NCBI GenBank assembly: GCA_964016885.1
Contig: OZ024765.1
Location: 19,902,001 to 19,966,000, forward strand
Length of the DNA: 64,000 nt
Origin: Eledone cirrhosa
Taxonomy: Eukaryota
Direction: 5' to 3'
Shown: positions 41,021 through 56,042 of the stretch, one piece after another
Position numbering within the stretch: position 1 is the first letter of the stretch
How the letters are laid out: the number at the start of each line of letters is the position of its first letter
Program-made: the position numbers and the translations under genes
Notes under the pieces: model-generated
Databases searched by the model: none
What the model saw: only the letters and a program-made list of their open reading frames with translations
Told to the model about the DNA's origin: nothing

Positions 41021-41932
41021 AGGCTGACCAAGATACTCTCATGGCATGACCAAATGAGGTTTATTTTTCACCATGCAAGATTTCACAGCTCTAGCATCAC
41101 TCCTTCATAGGCTGACCAAGATACTCTCATGGAATGACCAAATGAGGTTTATTTTTCAACATGCAAGATTTCACAGCTCTAGCATCACTCCTTCATAGGC
41201 TGACCAAGATACTCTCATGGAATGACCAAATGAGGTCTATTTTTCAACATGCAAGATTTCACAGCTCTAGCATCACTCCTTCATAGGCTGACCAAGATAC
41301 TCTCATGGAATGACCAAATGAGGTCTTTTTTTCAACATGCATGATTGCACAGCCCTAGCATCACTCCTTCATAGTGAGCCTATGAACTTTTAAGCCTACC
41401 TTCGTATATGTAAACAATGTATTTATTTAATATACAAATAATTACTAAGAAATTCGAAATAATTTTTGCACCCATTTTTGCGATTAAGTAAAGACGGAGT
41501 TATCGTTCTTGAGATTTCGGCTCGGAGAAATTTGAGGAACTGATGTCGCTAAATGGCCAAATCATTTACCTGCCCCGTTGCACCATGGGAGGGTAATGGC
41601 TGCCTTTTATTTTTTAAACGATGGCACCTTCTTTAGTTTCTTTAGCAGCAGCTTGTTCCTTGTTTCATATAAGTAAATAATAAAAACATTTTGGCGAGAA
41701 AGATATTAAAAAGTCTGCCGTGGTTTAAAAAAAATAAAAGGCAGCCATTACCCCTCCCATGGTGCAACGGGGCAGGTAAATGATTTGGCCATTTAGCGAC
41801 ATCAGTTCCTCAAATTTCTCCGAGCCGAAATCTCAAGAACGATAACTCCGTCTTTACTTAATCGCAAAAATGGGTGCAAAAATTATTTCGAATTTCTTAG
41901 TAATTATTTGTATATTAAATTGTTTACATATA

Positions 41933-44900
41933 CGAAGGTAGGCTTAAAAGTTCATAGGCTCACTACGAAGGAGTGATGCTAGAGCTGTGAAATCTTGCCT
42001 GTTGAAAAATAAACCTCATTTGGTCATTCCATGAGAGTATCTTGGTCAGCCTATGAAGGAGTGATGCTAGAGCTGTGAAATCTTGCATGTTAAAAAATAA
42101 ACCTCATTTGGTCATTCCATGAGAGTATCTTGGTCAACCTATGAAGGAGTGATGCTAGAGCTGTGAAATCTTGCATGTTCCATGAAAGTATCTTGGTCAG
42201 CCTATGAAGGAGTGATGCTAGAGCTATGAAATCTTGCATGTTGTAAAATAAACCTCATTTGGTCATTCCATGAGAGTATCTTGGTCAGCCTATGAAGGAG
42301 TGATGCTGAGGCTGTGAAATCTTGCATGTTGAAAAATAAACCTCATTTGGTCATTCCATGAGAGTATCTTTGTCAAAGTATGAAGGAGTGATGCTAGAGC
42401 TGTGAAATCTTGCATGTTCCATGGGAGTATCTTGGTCAGCCTATGAAGGAGTGATGCTAGAGCTATGAAATCTTGCATGTTGTAAAATAAACCTCATTTG
42501 GTCATTCCATGAGAGTATCTTGGTCAACCTATGAAGGAGTGATGCTAGAGCTGTGAAATCTTGCATGTTCCATGAGAGTATCTTGGTCAGCCTAGGAAGG
42601 AGTGATGCTAGGGCTGTGAAATCTTGCATGTTGAAAAATAAACCTCATTTGGTCATTCCATGAGAGTATCTTGGTCAGCCTATGAAGGAGTGATGCTAGA
42701 GCTGTGAAATCTTGCATGTTGAAAAATAAACCTCATTTGGTCATTCCATGAGAGTATCTTGGTCAACCTATGAAGGAGTGATGCTAGTGCTGTGAAATCT
42801 TGCATGTTCCATGAGAGTATCTTGGTCAGCCTATGAAGGAGTGATGCTAGAGCTGTGAAATCTTGCATGTTGAAAAATAAACCTCATATGGTCATTCCAT
42901 GAGAGTATCTTGGTCAACCTATGAAGGAGTGATGCTAGAGCTGTGAAATCTTGCATGTTCCATGAGAGTATCTTGGTCAGCCTAGGAAGGAGTGATGCTA
43001 GAGCTGTGAAATCTTGCATGTTGAAAAATAAACCTCATTTGATCATTCCATGAGAGTATCTTGGTCAACCTATGAAGGAGTGATGCTAGAGCTGTGAAAT
43101 CTTGCATGTTCCATGAGAGTATCTTGGTCAGCCTAGGAAGGAGTGATGCTAGAACTGTGAAATCTTGCATGTTGAAAAATAAACCTCATTTGGTCATTCC
43201 ATGAGAGTATCTTGGTCAGCCTATGAAGGAGTGATGCTAGAGCTGTGAAATCTTGCATGTTGAAAAATAAACCTCATTTGGTCATTCCATGAGAGTATCT
43301 TGGTCAACCTATGAAGGAGTGACGCTAGAGCTGTGAAATCTTGCATGTTCCATGAGAGTATCTTGGTCAGCCTATGAAGGAGTGATGCTAGAGCTATGAA
43401 ATCTTGCATGTTGTAAAATAAACCTCATTTGGTCATTCCATGAGAGTATCTTGGTCAGCCTATGAAGGAGTGATGCTAGAGCTGTGAAATCTTGCATGTT
43501 GAAAAATAAACCTCATTTGGTCATTCCATGAGAGTATCTTGGTCAACCTATGAAGGAGTGATGCTAGAGCTGTGAAATCTTGCATGTTCCATGAGAGTAT
43601 CTTGGTCAGCCTATGAAGGAGTGATGCTAGAGCTATGAAATCTTGCATGTTGTAAAATAAACCTCATTTGGTCATTCCATGAGAGTATCTTGGTCAGCCT
43701 ATGAAGGAGTGATGCTAGAGCTGTGAAATCTTGCATGTTGAAAAATAAACCTCATTTGGTCATTCCATGAGAGTATCTTGGTCAACCTATGAAGGAGTGA
43801 TGCTAGAGCTGTGAAATCTTGCATGTTCCATGAGAGTATCTTGGTCAGCCTAGGAAGGAGTGATGCTAGAGCTGTGAAATCTTGCCTGTTGAAAAATAAA
43901 CCTCATTTGGTCATTCCATGAGAGTATCTTGGTCAGCCTATGAAGGAGTGATGCTAGAGCTGTGAAATCTTGCATGTTGAAAAATAAACCTCATTTGGTC
44001 ATTCCATGAGAGTATCTTGGTCAACCTATGAAGGAGTGATGCTAGAGCTGTGAAATCTTGCATGTTGAAAAATAAACCTCATTTGGTCATTCCATGAGAG
44101 TATCTTTGTCAAAGTATGAAGGAGTGATGCTAGAGCTGTGAAATCTTGCATGTTCCATGGGAGTATCTTGGTCAGCCTATGAAGGAGTGATGCTAGAGCT
44201 ATGAAATCTTGCATGTTGTAAAATAAACCTCATTTGGTCATTCCATGAGAGTATCTTGGTCAACCTATGAAGGAGTGATGCTAGTGCTGTGAAATCTTGC
44301 ATGTTCCATGAGAGTATCTTGGTCAGCCTAGGAAGGAGTGATGCTAGGGCTGTGAAATCTTGCATGTTGTAAAATAAACCTCATTTGGTCATTCCATGAG
44401 AGTATCTTGGTCAACCTATGAAGGAGTGATGCTAGTGCTGTGAAATCTTGCATGTTCCATGAGAGTATCTTGGTCAGCCTAGGAAGGAGTGATGCTAGGG
44501 CTGTGAAATCTTGCATGTTGAAAAATAAACCTCATTTGGTCATTCCATGAGAGTATCTTGGTCAGCCTATGAAGGAGTGATGCTAGAGCTGTGAAATCTT
44601 GCATGTTGAAAAATAAACCTCATTTGGTCATTCCATGAGAGTATCTTGGTCAACCTATGAAGGAGTGATGCTAGTGCTGTGAAATCTTGCATGTTCCATG
44701 AGAGTATCTTGGTCAGCCTATGAAGGAGTGATGCTAGAGCTGTGAAATCTTGCATGTTGAAAAATAAACCTCATTTGGTCATTCCATGACAGTATCTTGG
44801 TCAACCTATGAAGGAGTGATGCTAGCGCTGTGAAATCTTGCATGTTCCATGAGAGTATCTTGGTCAGCCTAGGAAGGAGTGATGCTAGAGCTGTGAAATC

Positions 44901-45053
44901 TTGCATGTTGAAAAATAAACCTCATTTGGTCATCCCATGAGAGTATCTTGGTCAGCCTATGAAGGAGTGATGCTAGAGCTGTGAAATCTTGCCTGTTGAA
45001 AAGTAAACCTCATTTGGTCATTCCAAGTGAGTATCTTGGTCAGCCTACCTTCG
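41933..45053 (+). mobile_element. Expanded mariner MITE, block 5
   Basis: Same TA/TIR boundaries. Confidence 0.8.
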
Positions 45054-45518
45054 TATATTATATATATCATTGAATACTTCCAGTGTCACTAATCTATGAT
45101 TTGAGGGATATTTAGTCGCCATTTCTAGTATTTTTAACAGCTGAAGAGGGTTTTCATCAGTTTTGTAAGGTATTGTAGGGGTAACTGTTGGATAGGGCAT
45201 ATATTTGAATGTTGTTTAACCACTAAAACTATCATTATTATAATATTTCAGTGGCTGCCATTTCTAGCATTCAGTAGACTCTTCGTTTTGTTGTCTTTCA
45301 TTATATATATATATACATACATATATGTATATATATATACATACATATATATACATGCATATATATATATATACATACATATATATATATATATGCATAC
45401 ATACATGTATATATATATACATATATATATATATACATATACATATCTATATAAATATATATACATACATATATATATACATATACATACATATATATAC
45501 TTACATATATATATATAC

Positions 45519-45588
<70 letters not shown>

Positions 45589-46500
45589 AGGCTGACCAAG
45601 ATACTCTCATGGCATGACCAAATGAGGTTTATTTTTCACCATGCAAGATTTCACAGCTCTAGCATCACTCCTTCATAGGCTGACCAAGATACTCTCATGG
45701 AATGACCAAATGAGGTTTATTTTTCAACATGCAAGATTTCACAGCTCTAGCATCACTCCTTCATAGGCTGACCAAGATACTCTCATGGAATGACCAAATG
45801 AGGTCTATTTTTCAACATGCAAGATTTCACAGCTCTAGCATCACTCCTTCATAGGCTGACCAAGATACTCTCATGGAATGACCAAATGAGGTCTTTTTTT
45901 CAACATGCATGATTGCACAGCCCTAGCATCACTCCTTCATAGTGAGCCTATGAACTTTTAAGCCTACCTTCGTATATGTAAACAATGTATTTATTTAATA
46001 TACAAATAATTACTAAGAAATTCGAAATAATTTTTGCACCCATTTTTGCGATTAAGTAAAGACGGAGTTATCGTTCTTGAGATTTCGGCTCGGAGAAATT
46101 TGAGGAACTGATGTCGCTAAATGGCCAAATCATTTACCTGCCCCGTTGCACCATGGGAGGGTAATGGCTGCCTTTTATTTTTTAAACGATGGCACCTTCT
46201 TTAGTTTCTTTAGCAGCATCTTGTTCCTTGTTTCATATAAGTAAATAATAAAAACATTTTGGCGAGAAAGATATTAAAAAGTCTGCCGTGGTTTAAAAAA
46301 AATAAAAGGCAGCCATTACCCCTCCCATGGTGCAACGGGGCAGGTAAATGATTTGGCCATTTAGCGACATCAGTTCCTCAAATTTCTCCGAGCCGAAATC
46401 TCAAGAACGATAACTCCGTCTTTACTTAATCGCAAAAATGGGTGCAAAAATTATTTCGAATTTCTTAGTAATTATTTGTATATTAAATTGTTTACATATA

Positions 46501-49500
46501 CGAAGGTAGGCTTAAAAGTTCATAGGCTCACTACGAAGGAGTGATGCTAGTGCTGTGAAATCTTGCATTTTAAAAAATAAACCTCATTTGGTCATTCCAT
46601 GAGAGTATCTTGGTCAGCCTATGAAGGAGTGATGCTAGAGCTGTGAAATCTTGCATGTTGAAAAATAAACCTCATATGGTCATTCCATGAGAGTATCTTG
46701 GTCAACCTATGAAGGAGTGATGCTAGAGCTGTGAAATCTTGCATGTTCCATGAGAGTATCTTGGTCAGCCTAGGAAGGAGTGATGCTAGAGCTGTGAAAT
46801 CTTGCATGTTGAAAAATAAACCTCATTTGATCATTCCATGAGAGTATCTTGGTCAACCTATGAAGGAGTGATGCTAGAGCTGTGAAATCTTGCATGTTCC
46901 ATGAGAGTATCTTGGTCAGCCTAGGAAGGAGTGATGCTAGAGCTGTGAAATCTTGCATGTTGAAAAATAAACCTCATTTGGTCATTCCATGAGAGTATCT
47001 TGGTCAGCCTATGAAGGAGTGATGATAGAGCTGTGAAATCTTGCATGTTGAAAAATAAACCTCATTTGGTCATTCCATGAGAGTATCTTGGTCAACCTAT
47101 GAAGGAGTGATGCTAGAGCTGTGAAATCTTGCATGTTCCATGAGAGTATCTTGGTCAGCCTATGAAGGAGTGATGCTAGAGCTATGAAATCTTGCATGTT
47201 GTAAAATAAACCTCATTTGGTCATTCCATGAGAGTATCTTGGTCAGCCTATGAAGGAGTGATGCTAGAGCTGTGAAATCTTGCATGTTGAAAAATAAACC
47301 TCATTTGGTCATTCCATGAGAGTATCTTGGTCAACCTATGAAGGAGTGATGCTAGAGCTGTGAAATATTGCATGTTCCATGAGAGTATCTTGGTCAGCCT
47401 AGGAAGGAGTGATGCTAGAGCTGTGAAATCTTGCCTGTTGAAAAATAAACCTCATTTGGTCATTCCATGAGAGTATCTTGGTCAGCCTATGAAGGAGTGA
47501 TGCTAGAGCTGTGAAATCTTGCATGTTAAAAAATAAACCTCATTTGGTCATTCCATGAGAGTATCTTGGTCAACCTATGAAGGAGTGATGCTAGAGCTGT
47601 GAAATCTTGCATGTTCCATGAAATTATCTTGGTCAGCCTATGAAGGAGTGATGCTAGAGCTATGAAATCTTGCATGTTGTAAAATAAACCTCATTTGGTC
47701 ATTCCATGAGAGTATCTTGGTCAGCCTATGAAGGAGTGATGCTAGAGCTGTGAAATCTTGCATGTTGAAAAATAAACCTCATTTGGTCATTCCATGAGAG
47801 TATCGTTGTCAAAGTATGAAGGAGTGATGCTAGAGCTGTGAAATCTTGCATGTTCCATGGGAGTATCTTGGTCAGCCTATGAAGGAGTGATGCTAGAGCT
47901 ATGAAATCTTGCATGTTGTAAAATAAACCTCATTTGGTCATTCCATGAGAGTATCTTGGTCAACCTATGAAGGAGTGATGCTAGAGCTGTGAAATCTTGC
48001 ATGTTCCATGAGAGTATCTTGGTCAGCCTAGGAAGGAGTGATGCTAGGGCTGTGAAATCTTGCATGTTGAAAAATAAACCTCATTTGGTCATTCCATGAG
48101 AGTATCTTGGTCAGCCTATGAAGGAGTGATGCTAGAGCTGTGAAATCTTGCATGTTGAAAAATAAACCTCATTTGGTCATTCCATGAGAGTATCTTGGTC
48201 AACCTATGAAGGAGTGATGCTAGTGCTGTGAAATCTTGCATGTTCCATGAGAGTATCTTGGTCAGCCTATGAAGGAGTGATGCTAGAGCTGTGAAATCTT
48301 GCATGTTGAAAAATAAACCTCATATGGTCATTCCATGAGAGTATCTTGGTCAACCTATGAAGGAGTGATGCTAGAGCTGTGAAATCTTGCATGTTCCATG
48401 AGAGTATCTTGGTCAGCCTAGGAAGGAGTGATGCTAGAGCTGTGAAATCTTGCATGTTGAAAAATAAACCTCATTTGATCATTCCATGAGAGTATCTTGG
48501 TCAACCTATGAAGGAGTGATGCTAGAGCTGTGAAATCTTGCATGTTCCATGAGAGTATCTTGGTCAGCCTAGGAAGGAGTGATGCTAGAACTGTGAAATC
48601 TTGCATGTTGAAAAATAAACCTCATTTGGTCATTCCATGAGAGTATCTTGGTCAGCCTATGAAGGAGTGATGCTAGAGCTGTGAAATCTTGCATGTTGAA
48701 AAATAAACCTCATTTGGTCATTCCATGAGAGTATCTTGGTCAACCTATGAAGGAGTGACGCTAGAGCTGTGAAATCTTGCATGTTCCATGAGAGTATCTT
48801 GGTCAGCCTATGAAGGAGTGATGCTAGAGCTATGAAATCTTGCATGTTGTAAAATAAACCTCATTTGGTCATTCCATGAGAGTATCTTGGTCAGCCTATG
48901 AAGGAGTGATGCTAGAGCTGTGAAATCTTGCATGTTGAAAAATAAACCTCATTTGGTCATTCCATGAGAGTATCTTGGTCAACCTATGAAGGAGTGATGC
49001 TAGAGCTGTGAAATCTTGCATGTTCCATGAGAGTATCTTGGTCAGCCTATGAAGGAGTGATGCTAGAGCTATGAAATCTTGCATGTTGTAAAATAAACCT
49101 CATTTGGTCATTCCATGAGAGTATCTTGGTCAGCCTATGAAGGAGTGATGCTAGAGCTGTGAAATCTTGCATGTTGAAAAATAAACCTCATTTGGTCATT
49201 CCATGAGAGTATCTTGGTCAACCTATGAAGGAGTGATGCTAGAGCTGTGAAATCTTGCATGTTCCATGAGAGTATCTTGGTCAGCCTAGGAAGGAGTGAT
49301 GCTAGAGCTGTGAAATCTTGCCTGTTGAAAAATAAACCTCATTTGGTCATTCCATGAGAGTATCTTGGTCAGCCTATGAAGGAGTGATGCTAGAGCTGTG
49401 AAATCTTGCATGTTGAAAAATAAACCTCATTTGGTCATTCCATGAGAGTATCTTGGTCAACCTATGAAGGAGTGATGCTAGAGCTGTGAAATCTTGCATG

Positions 49501-50489
49501 TTGAAAAATAAACCTCATTTGGTCATTCCATGAGAGTATCTTTGTCAAAGTATGAAGGAGTGATGCTAGAGCTGTGAAATCTTGCATGTTCCATGGGAGT
49601 ATCTTGGTCAGCCTATGAAGGAGTGATGCTAGAGCTATGAAATCTTGCATGTTGTAAAATAAACCTCATTTGGTCATTCCATGAGAGTATCTTGGTCAAC
49701 CTATGAAGGAGTGATGCTAGTGCTGTGAAATCTTGCATGTTCCATGAGAGTATCTTGGTCAGCCTAGGAAGGAGTGATGCTAGGGCTGTGAAATCTTGCA
49801 TGTTGTAAAATAAACCTCATTTGGTCATTCCATGAGAGTATCTTGGTCAACCTATGAAGGAGTGATGCTAGTGCTGTGAAATCTTGCATGTTCCATGAGA
49901 GTATCTTGGTCAGCCTAGGAAGGAGTGATGCTAGGGCTGTGAAATCTTGCATGTTGAAAAATAAACCTCATTTGGTCATTCCATGAGAGTATCTTGGTCA
50001 GCCTATGAAGGAGTGATGCTAGAGCTGTGAAATCTTGCATGTTGAAAAATAAACCTCATTTGGTCATTCCATGAGAGTATCTTGGTCAACCTATGAAGGA
50101 GTGATGCTAGTGCTGTGAAATCTTGCATGTTCCATGAGAGTATCTTGGTCAGCCTATGAAGGAGTGATGCTAGAGCTGTGAAATCTTGCATGTTGAAAAA
50201 TAAACCTCATTTGGTCATTCCATGACAGTATCTTGGTCAACCTATGAAGGAGTGATGCTAGCGCTGTGAAATCTTGCATGTTCCATGAGAGTATCTTGGT
50301 CAGCCTAGGAAGGAGTGATGCTAGAGCTGTGAAATCTTGCATGTTGAAAAATAAACCTCATTTGGTCATCCCATGAGAGTATCTTGGTCAGCCTATGAAG
50401 GAGTGATGCTAGAGCTGTGAAATCTTGCTTGTTGAAAAGTAAACCTCATTTGGTCATTCCAAGTGAGTATCTTGGTCAGCCTACCTTCG
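46501..50489 (+). mobile_element. Expanded mariner MITE, block 6
   Basis: Same TA/TIR boundaries. Confidence 0.8.
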
Positions 50490-50954
50490 TATATTATATA
50501 TATCATTGAATACTTCCAGTGTCACTAATCTATGATTTGAGGGATATTTAGTCGCCATTTCTAGTATTTTTAACAGCTGAAGAGGGTTTTCATCAGTTTT
50601 GTAAGGTATTGTAGGGGTAACTGTTGGATAGGGCATATATTTGAATGTTGTTTAACCACTAAAACTATCATTATTATAATATTTCAGTGGCTGCCATTTC
50701 TAGCATTCAGTAGACTCTTCGTTTTGTTGTCTTTCATTATATATATATATACATACATATATGTATATATATATACATACATATATATACATGCATATAT
50801 ATATATATACATACATATATATATATATATGCATACATACATGTATATATATATACATATATATATATATACATATACATATCTATATAAATATATATAC
50901 ATACATATATATATACATATACATACATATATATACTTACATATATATATATAC

Positions 50955-51006
<52 letters not shown>

Positions 51007-51926
51007 AGGCTGACCAAGATACTCTCATGGCATGACCAAATGAGGTTTATTTTTCACCATGCAAGATTTCACAGCTCTAGCATCACTCCTTCATAGGCTG
51101 ACCAAGATACTCTCATGGAATGACCAAATGAGGTTTATTTTTCAACATGCAAGATTTCACAGCTCTAGCATCACTCCTTCATAGGCTGACCAAGATACTC
51201 TCATGGAATGACCAAATGAGGTCTATTTTTCAACATGCAAGATTTCACAGCTCTAGCATCACTCCTTCATAGGCTGACCAAGATACTCTCATGGAATGAC
51301 CAAATGAGGTCTTTTTTTCAACATGCATGATTGCACAGCCCTAGCATCACTCCTTCATAGTGAGCCTATGAACTTTTAAGCCTACCTTCGTATATGTAAA
51401 CAATGTATTTATTTAATATACAAATAATTACTAAGAAATTCGAAATAATTTTTGCACCCATTTTTGCGATTAAGTAAAGACGGAGTTATCGTTCTTGAGA
51501 TTTCGGCTCGGAGAAATTTGAGGAACTGATGTCGCTAAATGGCCAAATCATTTACCTGCCCCGTTGCACCATGGGAGGGTAATGGCTGCCTTTTATTTTT
51601 TAAACGATGGCACCTTCTTTAGTTTCTTTAGCAGCATCTTGTTCCTTGTTTCATATAAGTAAATAATAAAAACATTTTGGCGAGAAAGATATTAAAAAGT
51701 CTGCCGTGGTTTAAAAAAAATAAAAGGCAGCCATTACCCCTCCCATGGTGCAACGGGGCAGGTAAATGATTTGGCCATTTAGCGACATCAGTTCCTCAAA
51801 TTTCTCCGAGCCGAAATCTCAAGAACGATAACTCCGTCTTTACTTAATCGCAAAAATGGGTGCAAAAATTATTTCGAATTTCTTAGTAATTATTTGTATA
51901 TTAAATAAATACATTGTTTACATATA

Positions 51927-54900
51927 CGAAGGTAGGCTTAAAAGTTCATAGGCTCACTACGAAGGAGTGATGCTAGAGCTGTGAAATCTTGCATTTTAAA
52001 AAATAAACCTCATTTGGTCATTCCATGAGAGTATCTTGGTCAGCCTATGAAGGAGTGATGCTAGAGCTGTGAAATCTTGCATGTTGAAAAATAAACCTCA
52101 TATGGTCATTCCATGAGAGTATCTTGGTCAACCTATGAAGGAGTGATGCTAGAGCTGTGAAATCTTGCATGTTCCATGAGAGTATCTTGGTCAGCCTAGG
52201 AAGGAGTGATGCTAGAGCTGTGAAATCTTGCATGTTGAAAAATAAACCTCATTTGATCATTCCATGAGAGTATCTTGGTCAACCTATGAAGGAGTGATGC
52301 TAGAGCTGTGAAATCTTGCATGTTCCATGAGAGTATCTTTGTCAGCCTAGGAAGGAGTGATGCTAGAGCTGTGAAATCTTGCATGTTGAAAAATAAACCT
52401 CATTTGGTCATTCCATGAGAGTATCTTGGTCAGCCTATGAAGGAGTGATGATAGAGCTGTGAAATCTTGCATGTTGAAAAATAAACCTCATTTGGTCATT
52501 CCATGAGAGTATCTTGGTCAACCTATGAAGGAGTGATGCTAGAGCTGTGAAATCTTGCATGTTCCATGAGAGTATCTTGGTCAGCCTATGAAGGAGTGAT
52601 GCTAGAGCTATGAAATCTTGCATGTTGTAAAATAAACCTCATTTGGTCATTCCATGAGAGTATCTTGGTCAGCCTATGAAGGAGTGATGCTAGAGCTGTG
52701 AAATCTTGCATGTTGAAAAATAAACCTCATTTGGTCATTCCATGAGAGTATCTTGGTCAACCTATGAAGGAGTGATGCTAGAGCTGTGAAATATTGCATG
52801 TTCCATGAGAGTATCTTGGTCAGCCTAGGAAGGAGTGATGCTAGAGCTGTGAAATCTTGCCTGTTGAAAAATAAACCTCATTTGGTCATTCCATGAGAGT
52901 ATCTTGGTCAGCCTATGAAGGAGTGATGCTAGAGCTGTGAAATCTTGCATGTTAAAAAATAAACCTCATTTGGTCATTCCATGAGAGTATCTTGGTCAAC
53001 CTATGAAGGAGTGATGCTAGAGCTGTGAAATCTTGCATGTTCCATGAAATTATCTTGGTCAGCCTATGAAGGAGTGATGCTAGAGCTATGAAATCTTGCA
53101 TGTTGTAAAATAAACCTCATTTGGTCATTCCATGAGAGTATCTTGGTCAGCCTATGAAGGAGTGATGCTAGAGCTGTGAAATCTTGCATGTTGAAAAATA
53201 AACCTCATTTGGTCATTCCATGAGAGTATCGTTGTCAAAGTATGAAGGAGTGATGCTAGAGCTGTGAAATCTTGCATGTTCCATGGGAGTATCTTGGTCA
53301 GCCTATGAAGGAGTGATGCTAGAGCTATGAAATCTTGCATGTTGTAAAATAAACCTCATTTGGTCATTCCATGAGAGTATCTTGGTCAACCTATGAAGGA
53401 GTGATGCTAGAGCTGTGAAATCTTGCATGTTCCATGAGAGTATCTTGGTCAGCCTAGGAAGGAGTGATGCTAGGGCTGTGAAATCTTGCATGTTGAAAAA
53501 TAAACCTCATTTGGTCATTCCATGAGAGTATCTTGGTCAGCCTATGAAGGAGTGATGCTAGAGCTGTGAAATCTTGCATGTTGAAAAATAAACCTCATTT
53601 GGTCATTCCATGAGAGTATCTTGGTCAACCTATGAAGGAGTGATGCTAGTGCTGTGAAATCTTGCATGTTCCATGAGAGTATCTTGGTCAGCCTATGAAG
53701 GAGTGATGCTAGAGCTGTGAAATCTTGCATGTTGAAAAATAAACCTCATATGGTCATTCCATGAGAGTATCTTGGTCAACCTATGAAGGAGTGATGCTAG
53801 AGCTGTGAAATCTTGCATGTTCCATGAGAGTATCTTGGTCAGCCTAGGAAGGAGTGATGCTAGAGCTGTGAAATCTTGCATGTTGAAAAATAAACCTCAT
53901 TTGATCATTCCATGAGAGTATCTTGGTCAGCCTATGAAGGAGTGATGCTAGAGCTGTGAAATCTTGCATGTTGAAAAATAAACCTCATTTGGTCATTCCA
54001 TGAGAGTATCTTGGTCAACCTATGAAGGAGTGATGCTAGAGCTGTGAAATCTTGCATGTTCCATGAAAGTATCTTGGTCAGCCTATGAAGGAGTGATGCT
54101 AGAGCTATGAAATCTTGCATGTTGTAAAATAAACCTCATTTGGTCATTCCATGAGAGTATCTTGGTCAGCCTATGAAGGAGTGATGCTAGAGCTGTGAAA
54201 TCTTGCATGTTGAAAAATAAACCTCATTTGGTCATTCCATGAGAGTATCTTGGTCAACCTATGAAGGAGTGATGCTAGAGCTGTGAAATCTTGCATGTTC
54301 CATGAGAGTATCTTGGTCAGCCTAGGAAGGAGTGATGCTAGAGCTGTGAAATCTTGCCTGTTGAAAAATAAACCTCATTTGGTCATTCCATGAGAGTATC
54401 TTGGTCAGCCTATGAAGGAGTGATGCTAGAGCTGTGAAATCTTGCATGTTGAAAAATAAACCTCATTTGGTCATTCCATGAGAGTATCTTGGTCAACCTA
54501 TGAAGGAGTGATGCTAGAGCTGTGAAATCTTGCATGTTGAAAAATAAACCTCATTTGGTCATTCCATGAGAGTATCTTTGTCAAAGTATGAAGGAGTGAT
54601 GCTAGAGCTGTGAAATCTTGCATGTTCCATGGGAGTATCTTGGTCAGCCTATGAAGGAGTGATGCTAGAGCTATGAAATCTTGCATGTTGTAAAATAAAC
54701 CTCATTTGGTCATTCCATGAGAGTATCTTGGTCAACCTATGAAGGAGTGATGCTAGTGCTGTGAAATCTTGCATGTTCCATGAGAGTATCTTGGTCAGCC
54801 TAGGAAGGAGTGATGCTAGGGCTGTGAAATCTTGCATGTTGTAAAATAAACCTCATTTGGTCATTCCATGAGAGTATCTTGGTCAACCTATGAAGGAGTG

Positions 54901-55525
54901 ATGCTAGTGCTGTGAAATCTTGCATGTTCCATGAGAGTATCTTGGTCAGCCTAGGAAGGAGTGATGCTAGGGCTGTGAAATCTTGCATGTTGAAAAATAA
55001 ACCTCATTTGGTCATTCCATGAGAGTATCTTGGTCAGCCTATGAAGGAGTGATGCTAGAGCTGTGAAATCTTGCATGTTGAAAAATAAACCTCATTTGGT
55101 CATTCCATGAGAGTATCTTGGTCAACCTATGAAGGAGTGATGCTAGTGCTGTGAAATCTTGCATGTTCCATGAGAGTATCTTGGTCAGCCTATGAAGGAG
55201 TGATGCTAGAGCTGTGAAATCTTGCATGTTGAAAAATAAACCTCATTTGGTCATTCCATGACAGTATCTTGGTCAACCTATGAAGGAGTGATGCTAGCGC
55301 TGTGAAATCTTGCATGTTCCATGAGAGTATCTTGGTCAGCCTAGGAAGGAGTGATGCTAGAGCTGTGAAATCTTGCATGTTGAAAAATAAACCTCATTTG
55401 GTCATCCCATGAGAGTATCTTGGTCAGCCTATGAAGGAGTGATGCTAGAGCTGTGAAATCTTGCCTGTTGAAAAGTAAACCTCATTTGGTCATTCCAAGT
55501 GAGTATCTTGGTCAGCCTACCTTCG
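51927..55525 (+). mobile_element. Expanded mariner MITE, block 7
   Basis: Same TA/TIR boundaries. Confidence 0.8.
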
Positions 55526-55990
55526 TATATTATATATATCATTGAATACTTCCAGTGTCACTAATCTATGATTTGAGGGATATTTAGTCGCCATTTCTAG
55601 TATTTTTAACAGCTGAAGAGGGTTTTCATCAGTTTTGTAAGGTATTGTAGGGGTAACTGTTGGATAGGGCATATATTTGAATGTTGTTTAACCACTAAAA
55701 CTATCATTATTATAATATTTCAGTGGCTGCCATTTCTAGCATTCAGTAGACTCTTCGTTTTGTTGTCTTTCATTATATATATATATACATACATATATGT
55801 ATATATATATACATACATATATATACATGCATATATATATATATACATACATATATATATATATATGCATACATACATGTATATATATATACATATATAT
55901 ATATATACATATACATATCTATATAAATATATATACATACATATATATATACATATACATACATATATATACTTACATATATATATATAC

Positions 55991-56042
<52 letters not shown>

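Noticed and set aside
19149-55378. Dozens of 62-aa [11 protein letters not shown] ORFs as a peptide gene family
   Set aside because: They arise from the 63+88-bp periodicity. The 88-mer breaks frame, and there is no splice or coding signature.
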